From Macrostomum lignano (lineage: Eukaryota): a stretch of 64,000 nucleotides of DNA. The notes beneath the pieces are model-generated. The model was not told where the DNA came from, did not search any database, and worked only from the letters and a program-made list of their open reading frames with translations. Position 1 is the first letter of the stretch; each line of letters begins with the position of its first letter. Shown here piece after piece: positions 25,986 through 60,437 of the stretch. The stretch spans positions 1-64,000 of the forward strand of contig NIVC01002750.1 in NCBI GenBank assembly GCA_002269645.1, in the 5' to 3' direction. A program made the position numbers and the translations under genes.

Positions 25986-28900
25986 TCACAGTCGCGTCTC
26001 CTTGCCTATGCTAGCGCCGGTGCTACTATTAAGCAATCCATTGCCAGGGTCGCCAGCTGTGTTGCCTCTTAATCCCGACTGCAACAGCTGTCGCACAGTT
26101 GCTATGGCAGCATCCTCCTGGCTGTTGTTGCCAGTCAGTAGTCTGGGCTGTCTGTAGAGATTCGGATTGACAGAGTGATCGTAGGATTTACTTCGACTTG
26201 GCGACTGTCGACTGTCGATTGATGCGGCCAGCTCGCCGGGACGTTTGCAACCGATTGGGCAGGTCAAGCTTTGGCCTTCGGCCTCGGCTACGCAGCTCCA
26301 AGTTTCGCGTCTTGCAGCTCCGCAAGCCCGCCTTGACCGAGTTAAACTGGGCAACTTTGCCAACAACGCTCGGATATTATAGGACAGTATTATTAGTATT
26401 ATTTCTGCGAATTCGCACAGCGTAACCATGGATACGCCAATCCACAGGCCTGAAATACACAAGCAAGGGAGGCATGGATATCATCGAAATCTAACGTATT
26501 AATAGTTTAAATTCCAAGTTGACGTTATTGACACTGTAAAAAAAATATTGCTACTCAGTTGCACCTCAGTTCCAACTGTTAAACTGTAACATATCTGCCT
26601 GTACAAGGTATGAACTGACTTTAGCTCATGGCTTATTACAAGAGAGATTCATATCTCTGAAATTTTAAATCTCCGAAAAGCAGCTTCTTTCACAACTCCG
26701 ACCCTTCATATCTCCGTTAGACTCATGGTTAGGGTTAAGCATGTCGGAGATGTGAATCGGAGATATGAAATGTTATAGATACGAAGTATCGGAGATGTGA
26801 AGTGTTGGAAACTTGGAAATAAATTGTCGGAGATATGAAGTGTTAGAGATATGGAGTGTTGAATATATAAAGTGTTTGAGATATGAAGTGCCAGAGATAT
26901 GAACTGTCAGAGATTGAAGTGTCGGAAATATGAAAGAGGGGCTATCGGAGATATGAAATGATGAGACATAAAGTGTCGAAGACATAAAATGTCGGAGATA
27001 TGAACTGTGTCGGAGATATGCAGTGTCGGAGATATGAAGTGCCGGAAACATGAAAGAAGGGCCGGTGGAGATATGAAAACACCCCTTATCACTATAATCA
27101 AAACTCCAATAAGCTATCAATCGTTGTTCGCCCTTAAACCACCGTAGACATTTTAAATTTTACTTCCTGTACAGGCTGTATTTAAATCAATCTACCAAAA
27201 AAATAATTGCCCTTATTTCCTGACACCAATTCAGTGCTGCAAGTGGCTTTGCTTACCCATGATTCCGCCTAAATCAGAGAATAGATTCACCAATTCGTAG
27301 CTTCTTTCCTCAAACAGTTGTCTGACAGTGAGCGTCTTCGGGTACACGCGCAACTGCAGGAAGCACTGTCTGATAATGTTGTGCACCTGGTTGCAATAAG
27401 TATCGTTTCTAAACTTGTTGCTCTTCAGATTGAGCTCATTCACCATGCAGTGACTAAGATTTAAATTATGTGACGCAATCGAGTGATTAAGCGCGTGATT
27501 GTTTGTTATATTCCTGTTCAAGCTGTCCACTCGATTTTTTAACATTTGAGCAATTCTTGCTAGTCTTATATTGGCACCCCGAATCTCTAGGCTGAGGTCG
27601 GGCCAACGGCTTTGAAACACTGAGAAGTCGTACGTTGTGTACTTGCACATGTTGAGGCACTTGGACTGGCTGCGACCAGACCTAAGCTCGGGCAGTGCGC
27701 AGCGAAGACTTTTTAACCTTTGTTTGACCTCATTGTGAAACTCGTGCTCTAAAGCTGCTGAGATGGCTTGCTTCTCGTGCATTGGCAGGTTATTGTAGGC
27801 TAGCATGTTCAATTGATTATTGCGAGGGTTTATTAAATCGTTTCGATTCTTTCTCAGAAATTCCACCATATTTTTTATCAGCTTAATCGTTCTCTCGGGA
27901 TTTTGAGCGCCCATAATGTCGTGACAAAAATTGATTCGTCGCTCGCCGCTTCCGTAAGTTTCCGTTGGTACCGGGCCTTCTATGGTGCAGTTGCACTTGT
28001 CTCTGACTCGCTTCATGTGCTCAAATGTTGTGCAGTCGGTTAATTGCTTCTCGTAGCTCTGTGTGTTTCTGTAATAAGCAAATGCGAAAATTAGAAACTC
28101 AATCGATATTTGCTTAGAGTAACATTGCAAAGATGCTAAATACCATTTCATTAAAAGTCTTGTAGTGTGAGGCTTTTAAACGAAGAATTTTCATTGGGTT
28201 AATAGTGAAAATTACCATGGAAAGTCATTTTCACGTTTTTTCTCACCTATCGCCTACTCACCCTAAAATGTGATCGTAAGCATGGAATCTGGTCCTTGGC
28301 TCGCATTGTTTTGTTGGCGTATTAGCCAGACTAGTTTGCACCTGGTTCAGAGCCAGCACAGTTTGCATACCGCTTGGCGAGTTGATGCCGTACTCGCTTG
28401 GATACGGGATCGTGTCCTGTTAAAATGAAAGATATTATTTAATTACTATTGCTGTCTATGTACGAGTTGAAAAAAATAAATATATCATAATTTACTTTCT
28501 GATGGACCACAACTCTGAGTCCGCCTGTCTCTAGTCCAGTAGTAACAATATTGCTGTACCAGTCATTGTTCTGAATATGGTCAACGCTCGGGCTGTAGAG
28601 GACTAATACTAAGCCTTTTTCAACTCCACTGGACTTCATCAGCCTGTTGTGCGGCTTGAATGAAAAGCAGTTGCCGTAGTCGCGATGATAAAACACTTTG
28701 AAGTCTTTTTCGCTGCAAGTTTCCTGATTGTATTGGCAGAAGACTAGCATGTCTAGCATTCTAGCGCTCACTTCGGTCATGTTGAAAATTGGCCAAGTGT
28801 GCACCGCGTGTTCGAAGCTGGCGTAGGCCATCTTTGTTGCTTGCACCGAGATGGCCTCGTCTGATTGATTGCTGTTTTTATTATTGGCAAATTGCATAGC

Positions 28901-29278
28901 CATCATGTAGCTGAGCACGAAATAGTTCAATATCGACTCGTTGCTGCGCCGCAAATCGCTCGACTGTTTGCGTAGAAACTTTTTCATTAACGGATCGCAT
29001 ATTGTCACGTCTGGAAATGTGAACTTGTTAGTTAGTAGCCGGGTTGTGCTGGACACTGGATAGTCGCGAAACAGACTAATCTGCTTGTAAGTGTGCATTG
29101 TCAGTCCTGTAAGCGCGCCCATTACAACTACTATCCATAGTAGTCTCAGCCAAGGTATCTGCTGAGAGAAGAATCTACTAAGACCATGAGCTGATGTCCT
29201 ACTGGCAAAGCTGTGTATGTTGGCAAACAGTACACGACGTCTGTACCGGTCGCTGCTCTTGTTTATGTCCCGATCCAT
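25986..29278 (-). CDS. DEG/ENaC (amiloride-sensitive) sodium channel subunit, about 737 aa
   Basis: Exons complement(28496-29278, 28262-28416, 27257-28068, 25986-26449), all GT-AG and phase-consistent (2214 nt). Motifs: pre-TM1 TSAHG, FPDVTIC, GNCFSF, GLRVVVH, C..C..Y..SRWP, DLGGIMGLWIGVS (GxS filter). An in-frame acceptor 24 nt upstream of the ATG means the N-terminus could be longer. Confidence 0.93.
26641..27083. mobile_element. Probable non-autonomous DNA element in DEG/ENaC intron 3
   Basis: Multiple CGGAGATATGAA-like repeats that change orientation (TTCATATCTCCG on the left) around GTTAGGGTTAA. Both ends share TTCATATCTC in inverted orientation. Confidence 0.4.
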
Positions 29279-31552
29279 CTGAGCTTTCGAGAGTCGACAG
29301 TGCTACAGAAAAGTCAAGCAAACTTGAACATGCCTTCTTTTGTGTAATATCAACCTTGACAGAGTGGCCTTGGTGAATTAAAAACTAGAGCAAAACAATA
29401 TAGTTTTAAAAAATCCTTATCAGCCTCTTCTTGGTTAGGATTTTTATTAGCTCTAGAAGTTTCGGTGGATCTAGGTCAACTGCAGACAGGCCGCTATTGG
29501 CTGGCTTTTGGCAGCGCATACTGCTGAATTTGTGGTTAACAGTCGGTTTCTAGGCTGCAGCCAATAACTGTTACGCTAGACTAGCGCTGCCAGATTCCCC
29601 TTTTTCTATTCCCTATTTTATCCAAACTACTTTAGAGCGTATACATATGCTAGAATCTCCCAGGCGAAGATTCGAATCATAAAAAAAATCAATCGTTTTT
29701 ATCGACATTTTGTTGGATATTCTTTAAAAGTCTTTAACAATAGTTTTAACTACTTCCGCATACTTATACTCTCTGCGGCTCAGCAGCTTATAAAATTCTA
29801 AGAAAAAGTGCTAATTTACCAATATAATCTACTAGATTTTTTGTGATTTTTTTCCTTCTCTCTTGGAGTTGTATCTTAAAACTGGATTTACATGTGGTTA
29901 GTCGGAATACAAATTAGTTCTACGCAACTCAATATTGTTCAAGTCTCTGTAAAGCAGCCAACGAAACAAAATCGATATCTCCAGTCGATTGATTCTTTTG
30001 CAGCCTTTCGTCTTCACGAACTGAGACCGCTTCTTGTTAATTGGAAGCACTTGCTTCAGACTGATTGAGATTGTGGTAGACGAAATACTAATTTTTATAC
30101 AATTTGTTACATTAAATATGGTTCTCAAAATGTTCTAAATGTCAATTAGGTGGCTCTGAGACACTTAGACACTGTCACAAGGTTCACAGCGGCTCTGGCA
30201 TTTATTAGACATCTTTACACACTCAATGTTTTTGGATTTAGGGAGTTTAGCTGAGATTTAAACTAAACTAATCTACCCATTAAAACGTTTTCACACTTTG
30301 CTACTGATTATAAATTGCTAGTAGTACAAATAGTATATAAAAAGTGGAACAATAAAAATCGCAACAATATCTCAAATAACTTGCAGAAGCTCCATTCGCG
30401 ATTCCTGCGTTACAGAATTCGACGTCACCGATCGTAAAGCTTTTCCAACTCTGCACTTTGCAAGAGTTAAGAGTTTCACTCGCGAATGCGAAGACTGTCA
30501 TCTTTGATTAGATTTTTTCCTGACTAACAATGACGATATGTAGCTCAACGTTTTGCGTTTCGCGTATTTGGTTTTCCTCCCATAATGTTGAAAATGAAAG
30601 CTTTTTACTAGTAAATCAATCAGCTAGAATCAGTTGAAGTTTCTGTAAATGATATTATCTTGACTAATCGTTCCGTTGACAAACGACTGTCTGTGGCGAA
30701 GCTTTTGATAAGTTGAAAAGTTAAGCCCAACCAAGTTAAGAATTTCTATTTGGCAGCATTAGATTATTTGGTCTTGCACATAGACATAGTCGAAAAAAAC
30801 AACCAAACAACCAAGTTCGGCCATAGACAGCATCAACATCAAGAAGGATGCCAGCAACAACCTCTCATCGACTCTCTCTCTCTCTCCCTTGGTTTTATTT
30901 ATTATCTAGTAACTTGTCTGACAAAAGCTATATTTATTATATTTTTTTCATCGTACTTGAACATAATTTGCACTTATATTTTAACATAATATTGATTTGC
31001 TCATTTACTATTTTCAAACCTACATATACAGTTATTTCTCGTCTTATGATTTTTTTGCATTTCATCTACCTTGTACCTGTGACTAGCAGAATTAAATAGC
31101 ATATAAAATTAACTTGTGTACAAAGTGAGCTATTTCATTAAAGAAAACTTCATTTTCATTTTCGTTGTTGTTTATGCTTGTTTTAGCTAGCGATAAATTA
31201 TTATCTAGGAATGAATGGTACTATTTATATGTACTTTTACTTATATCCTTGTTTTGTGTGCTGTGACCTAGGTACTATTAATTAATAATTGATTTGTAAC
31301 CTAGCTACTTTATTTCTTTGATTTTTTAAGTCAAGTTATTTCAAATCTACTCATTTCATTAAAAATATTCTTCGAACTATCTAAGCTAAAGTGTTTGTGT
31401 AATGTTTTACTGCACATGTACGAGTGCGTGCCTTGTCTAGTGCTCAGGTGAAGCTGTGTCACTTATCCTTGAAAATATATATTCGGCATTAAAGTCGGAA
31501 GCGCCTATACTGAGGCATTTGCATCTTTCCTTTTTTTTTAATTTTCTTCCAG

Positions 31553-32416
31553 TGTAGACTCGTCTGCCCGCGACCGACTCCCCTCAAACCCCTCATTCCC
31601 TGCAGTGTACACTCGTCTGCCCGCGATCGACTCCCCTCAAACCCCTCATTCCCTGCAGTGTACACTCGTCTGCCCGCGACCGACTCCCCTCAAACCCCTC
31701 ATTCCCTGCAGTGTACACTCGTCTGCCCGCGATCGACTCCCCTCAAACCCCTCATTCCCTGCAGTGTACACTCGTCTGCCCGCGACCGACTCCCCTCAAA
31801 CCCCTCATTCCCTGCAGTGTACACTCGTCTGCCCGCGATCGACTCCCCTCAAACCCCTCATTCCCTGCAGTGTACACTCGTCTGCCCGCGACCGACTCCC
31901 CTCAAACCCCTCATTCCCTGCAGTGTACACTCGTCTGCCCGCGACCGACTCCCCTCAAACCCCTCATTCCCTGCAGTGTACACTCGTCTACCCGCGACCG
32001 ACTCCCCTCAAACCCCTCATTCCCTGCAGTGTACACTCGTCTGCCCGCGACCAACTCCCCTCAAACCCTCATTCCCTGCAGTGTACACTCGTCTGCCCAC
32101 GACCGACTCCCCTCAAACCCCTCATTCCCTGCAGTGTACACTCGTCTGCCCGCGACCAACTCCCCTCAAACCCCTCATTCCCTGCAGTGTACACTCGTCT
32201 GCCCACGACCAACTCCCCTCAAACCCCTCATTCCCTGCAGTGTACACTCGTCTGCCCGCGACCGACTCCCCTCAAACCCCTCATTCCCTGCAGTGTACTC
32301 TCGTCTGCCCACGACCAACTCCCCTCAAACCCCTCATTCCCTGCAGTGTACACTCGTCTGCCCGCGACCGACTCCCCTCAAACCCCTCATTCCCTGCAGT
32401 GTACACTCGTCTGCCC
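31553..32416 (+). repeat. 53-bp minisatellite TGTACACTCGTCTGCCCGCGACCGACTCCCCTCAAACCCCTCATTCCCTGCAG upstream of the PYM1 ATG
   Basis: 16 units, each ending in a pyrimidine tract plus CAG. Confidence 0.95.
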
Positions 32417-32425
32417 AACAAAGTG

Positions 32426-33553
32426 ATGTCAACCGGCAACTCTACCGCGGGAATCCAACGCGAAGGCGTTGTCCGAGCGGCCGACGGTCAGCTGATAATC
32501 CCGGCCAGCCAGAGGCCGGACGGTTCCTGGCGCAAGCCGGTGCGCGTCCGCGAAGGCTACATACCCCAGGAGGAGGTGCCGCTCTACAAGACTCGGGCGG
32601 CTCAACAACGCGAAGCAGAGGCGGCTGCGGCTGCCGCGGTCCCACCGCCGTTACGTATCATCCCGAAGGAGGCTCCGGCAGCGACGTCGGCAGCTGGCGA
32701 TGCTTCAATAGCGTCCTCTTCGTCGGCAAAGGCGGCTCGAAGGAAGCGACAGAAGCAGCAACAGCAGCAGCAACAACAGTCTCAACCGGTTGCCCCCAGC
32801 CAATCAGCATCTGGGGCTAAGCCACAGCAACCGCAAGCTTCCGAGACAAATTCCGAATGGAACGAGTCCACTGGCAAGCGGAAGCAGAAACAACAGCAAC
32901 AACAGGTAGATTGCATTTTTCAGAAGCAATTGTTGGTTTGCATATTTCATATTTCGATTAATCCTGACGCCTGCTCTGTCTGTCACGTTGGCTCTTAAGA
33001 CCTCACTGTCTCTCCTGACACCTCACTGTCTCTGCTGACACCTCACTGTCTCTCCTGACACCTCACTGTCTCTGCTGACACCTCACTGTCTCTCCTGACA
33101 CCTTACTGTCTCTCCTGACACCTCACTGTCTCTGCTGACACCTCACTGTCTCTCCTGACACCTTACTGTCTCTCCTGACACCTTACTGTCTCTTCCGACA
33201 CCTCACTGTCTCTCCCTGACACCTCATTAACTCCCCATGACACTTTATTTACTTTCCTGACACTGTCATCTCACTGTAATAACGTCCACTGTCGCCGATA
33301 TTTTTAGCCTCAACCACAGCAGCAGCCGAAACAGCAGCAACAGGAGCCGCAAAAGAAGCAACAGCAGCAGCAAGTGCAAGAAGACAACAAGCAGCAGATT
33401 CGCAAACTACAAAAGAAACTGCGTCAAATCGAAGCCCTGGAAGCCCGCCTAGCTGACGGCAGCGTCTCTAAACCCGATTCTGATCAAGAAAAGAAGCTGG
33501 CTAGCAAACTGGATTTGATGCAGCAGCTGGAGAAGCTGAAATTGACCGATTGA
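32426..33553 (+). CDS. PYM1: Partner of Y14 and Mago (exon-junction-complex disassembly factor)
   Basis: Exons 32426-32905 and 33308-33553 (GT-AG, phase 0). N-terminal signature [30 protein letters not shown] and C-terminal helix [21 protein letters not shown]. Confidence 0.95.
33000..33225 (+). repeat. 20-bp minisatellite CACCTCACTGTCTCTCCTGA (PYM1 intron)
   Basis: About 11 units. Confidence 0.9.
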
Positions 33554-34039
33554 CAGGGCTGCTGGGGGGGGGGGGGGAATCTTCTTTGATCGCTTATTAG
33601 CCAAAACCCGTTGAAAAAGTTACCGAGACCAGAAACTCTAAAGAGTCCGTGTAAACAACTCACTGTAGACTAATTACTTTGAATTGCGGCGTGTGCTTTG
33701 CTTGTGTAATTAATTTAATCCTAATTTAATTGTCTAATTGTTAATATCTCAGTGAATAGCAATTGGTATTTCTCGTATTTATCCTACTATTGTATTGTAA
33801 GTAGCATGTTTTGAGGATTATTCATAGTTCAATTATGTTTACGTTGTTGTTTTAAGCTGTGCTGCAAGCTGTCATTAACTTATAGAAATTACATCAATTT
33901 CAAATGCATCTTTACTATATCTATGCTGTTGTTGATGTCTGTCTTTAAACAGAAAATTGATTTTTGTGGCTATGAAAAAATTGTATTTGATTTTTTATTT
34001 CTTTATTGCATATTTCAATATAATTCTAGGTCATCCTTT

Positions 34040-34642
34040 AGTAACCAGTGGACACCCTAGTGACCTGTCCTTGAGTGACCAGTGGACATCATAGTGACCT
34101 GTCCTTGAGTGACCAGTGGACATCCTAGTTACCTGTCCTTGAGTGACCAGTGGACATCCTAGTGATCTGTCCTTGGGTGACCAGTGGACACCCTAGTTAC
34201 CTGTCCTTAAGTGACCTGTGGCGCCGCTTGGCGGGGCCCATTAACTATCTCTGACTCGCGTTGCGTATCTGCGTACTTAATATCTAGTGTACTCATTACC
34301 AATGTACTTAGTGTGCGCGCGGCACGTTGCATCTTTCTATCTATATGCTAAAGCTTGAAGTTGGATCGCTCTGTACTCGAGATGTAGGCGGCATGTTGCC
34401 GTCGGTTGTTGTCAAGTTAATATAAAGGCTGGTTTGGCTATCAGTTGAAGTCTCGTATATTCTGTGCTCAGCTAAGAGCTATCTCAAATAGAAAAGAGTC
34501 CTACTTATTGCTACGACACGACATCCTAGTTACCTGTCCTCGAGTAACCAGTGGACACCCCAGTTACCTGTCCTTGAGTGACCAGTGGACACCCTAGTTA
34601 CCTGTCCTTGAGTGACCAGTGGACATCCTAGTTACCTGTCCT
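34040..34642 (+). repeat. 34-bp minisatellite GTGACCAGTGGACATCCTAGTTACCTGTCCTTGA, split by an insertion
   Basis: Units occur on both sides of 34217-34518. Confidence 0.9.
34217..34518. mobile_element. Candidate solo LTR inserted in a 34-bp minisatellite
   Basis: 302-bp unique insert interrupting the array, with TGT...ACA termini and an internal AATATAAA. No clean TSD. Confidence 0.5.
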
Positions 34643-34963
34643 TCACTGTCAATGCTTAGTATTGCAGCATTACAATCTACATACAATCTGCAAGCTAGAT
34701 TCCCAGATAATAAATATTAAAAATGTGAAAGTTCGAACCGATAAGGAGACCAATTAAAATTGTGCTGCGAATTTAAACTTTGTTTAGCTTTTCAAAATCG
34801 AACAGTGAAAACTCAAACAGTACACGAACACCTTGCTACCAAATACCAGCTGTTGGAAAGGAAAAAATTGAAACGCTTCTAGTCTCAATTTTTAACAGGA
34901 TATCTTGTCGCGAGTTGCTTCGTCTCTGTGTGCTCACTAGTGTCGCGTTATACATGCATATGG

Positions 34964-35327
34964 TTTAGTTTTTAGTTAGAGGCAGGGGTGCTTGGAGCAC
35001 TTCAAGCGACATTGTCACACAACCGGCGAGAGGCATTGCTGCCCATTCCGCCGACTCCCCTGAGCAGGCAAACAAGCGCGCGGATACGTACGCAGTGATA
35101 CGCACAGGCACTCACACAGGAGTGTACAGCGGCCCTAACTTTATTTATCGTTAGGCATGTACACTTCACTGCGCCTTGGGGGTTGGGCCTCCAGGCCGTT
35201 AATTGCACGGGCGGAGCCAAGCCGAGATTTCAATTTAGCCCCAAATTAATGTGACTGCACTTGGAATCGAGCCCGAGCCGCTGGTACATCAGAGCCTGCG
35301 CTAGACCGCTGGGCTACGGCCTGCCCC
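34964..35327 (-). mobile_element. tRNA-derived SINE family B, full-length copy
   Basis: Minus strand GGGGCAGGCCG TAGCCCAGCGG TCTAGCGC..GGCTCGATTCC head, a body shared with the 17-kb and 45.8-kb copies, and a CTAAAA-type tail. Confidence 0.75.
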
Positions 35328-35870
35328 GTTATAGATGTAGGCACACTTTCTATTATAAGTGTATAGCTGCATATCCAAGCTCAGGCGACGTACTCGTACA
35401 TTGTGGCTGTGGGATCGAGAGAAATCGACCCCCGCCCGCTGGAGAAGGGGACTACGCCAGGACACGATGAGGGACGCGGGCCTACTGGGGGGCAAAGCGA
35501 ATCGTTTCTTGAGTACGGGGCTACAGTACGCGTGGCTGAGGAGAGGAAATACAAGTAGAGAAGGAGAAGGGGAGAAAGAGGGAACTGGGAGAGAAAGAGC
35601 AGAGCTAGCATTACTTCGGGAGGGATTTGGGAAGCTCAGCAGTGTCTTCTCCTCGTTCAGGGGATGAAAATGAGGAGGAGAGAGTGCGTGTAAGCAAGGC
35701 AGGGGGTCAGCGGGTAGTCAGTTGCGGGCCCAGAGCAGCACTGATGCCCACACATCCATAACACAGCCTTGCGAGGACAACCAGTCTTCTGTATGTGTTT
35801 ATAAAGTGCCTCGACAGTTAGTAACTGCAATATTTCCTGCCTAACAATTATTGTTATTTGATAAATAATT

Positions 35871-59016
<23,146 letters not shown>

Positions 59017-59215
59017 CCTCTGCTTGACCTCTGTTTGACCTTGATGTGAACTCTGCTTGACCTTGATGTGAACTCTGCTTGACCTTGATGCGAAATCTGC
59101 TTAACCTTGATGTGAATTCTGCTTAACCTTGATGCGAAATCTGCTTAACCTTGTTGTGAACTCTGCTTGACCTTGACTTCGATTTGACATCTGTTTGACC
59201 TTGATGTGACCTTGT
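59017..59215 (+). repeat. 22-bp repeat CCTTGATGTGAACTCTGCTTGA directly after the GPCR stop codon
   Basis: About 8 variable units. Confidence 0.85.
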
Positions 59216-59716
59216 TTGTGCCCTCTTTTTTGACCCCCGTGTGTAAGGCAACTAAGCAATGTGAGGTCTATTAGACAGTCTGATCTGGTATGACCTTATA
59301 ATATTTATGACCTTTTTTGACAATCGTGGTACACTGCTTACACCAGTTAAGAGGCTCTTCGCCCATATGCTTCAGCATCACTTTAGAAGGCAAACATGGA
59401 ATATTATTGTCTTAATGTTGCTTGATAATCTAGATCAATTTCCTAGACTTTTGTAGACTTTTGTAGTTAAGACATTATTATTTGCTTGTAACAATCGCCC
59501 AATCTAGTCATCAATTAATATTTGAAAATAAGTTGATTTGCACAAACTCCTAAAGTAGCAATGCACCCTGACAGTCACTTGCACATGCCGATCAGAGTCA
59601 CATTGTAGCAATCGAACTTTGCTAGTGCACCTGCAACTTCACTTCCAAAATATAAATCATTTGACCACTAAAGTTCAAAGTGCGGCTTCTGTGAACGTTT
59701 TTTCTACTAAATATTT

Positions 59717-60117
59717 TCAGTCAGTCAGTCAGGCAGGCAGTCAGTCAGTCAGTCAGTTAGTCAGTCAGTCAGGCAGTCAGCCAGTCAGTCAGTCAGTCAG
59801 TCAGTCAGTCAGTCAGTCAGTCAGTCAGTCAGCCAGTCAGTCAGTCAGGCAGGCAGTCAGTCAGTCAGTCAGTCAGGCAGGCAGTCAGTCAGTCAGTCAG
59901 TCAGTCAGTCAGTCAGTCAGTCAGTCAGTCAGTCAGTCAGTCAGTCAGTCAGGCAGGCAGGCAGTCAGGCAGGCAGTCAGTCAGTCAGTCAGTCAGTCAG
60001 TCAGTCAGTCAGTCAGTCAGTCAGTCAGTCAGTCAGGCAGGCAGGCAGTCAGTCAGGCAGTCAGTCAGGCAGTCAGTCAGGCAGTCAGGCAGTCAGTCAG
60101 GCAGTCAGTCAGTCAGT
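59717..60117 (+). repeat. (TCAG/GCAG)n microsatellite
   Basis: Direct reading. Confidence 0.95.
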
Positions 60118-60437
60118 AAAAATGAACCATGAAAGTTAGTGAGATGGTTAGTTAACGCATATTTCAGGTCAGAGAAACTTTACTTTGCATGCTCAGGCTA
60201 AGACACAAATATGAATGAAAACAAACCTAAAAACTTTTCCGCATAGCAGACTCGGGAAAAAGTGGAAAAAAGCGGTCACTCCTGCAAGAAATGATTCTGG
60301 AGAAAAAGAATACCTAACATCTTGTACGCGGCCTTACGGCTGAGCCAATAAAAAGTGGTACATGACTATCCTTAACCCAGTACCTTTAAATCTGCAGGGA
60401 ACTCATCTAATACCATCTCTATTGGGTTAGTTGCAGT

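Noticed and set aside
29898-30501. Two short minus-strand ORFs upstream of the DEG/ENaC gene as extra coding exons
   Set aside because: No clear splice pair or homology. They may be UTR, and transcript data would be needed.
31605-32425. Apparent N-terminal extension of PYM1 through the 53-bp array
   Set aside because: No ATG in the units (the ORFs start at GTG) and the peptide cycles through frames. The PYM signature starts just after ATG 32426.
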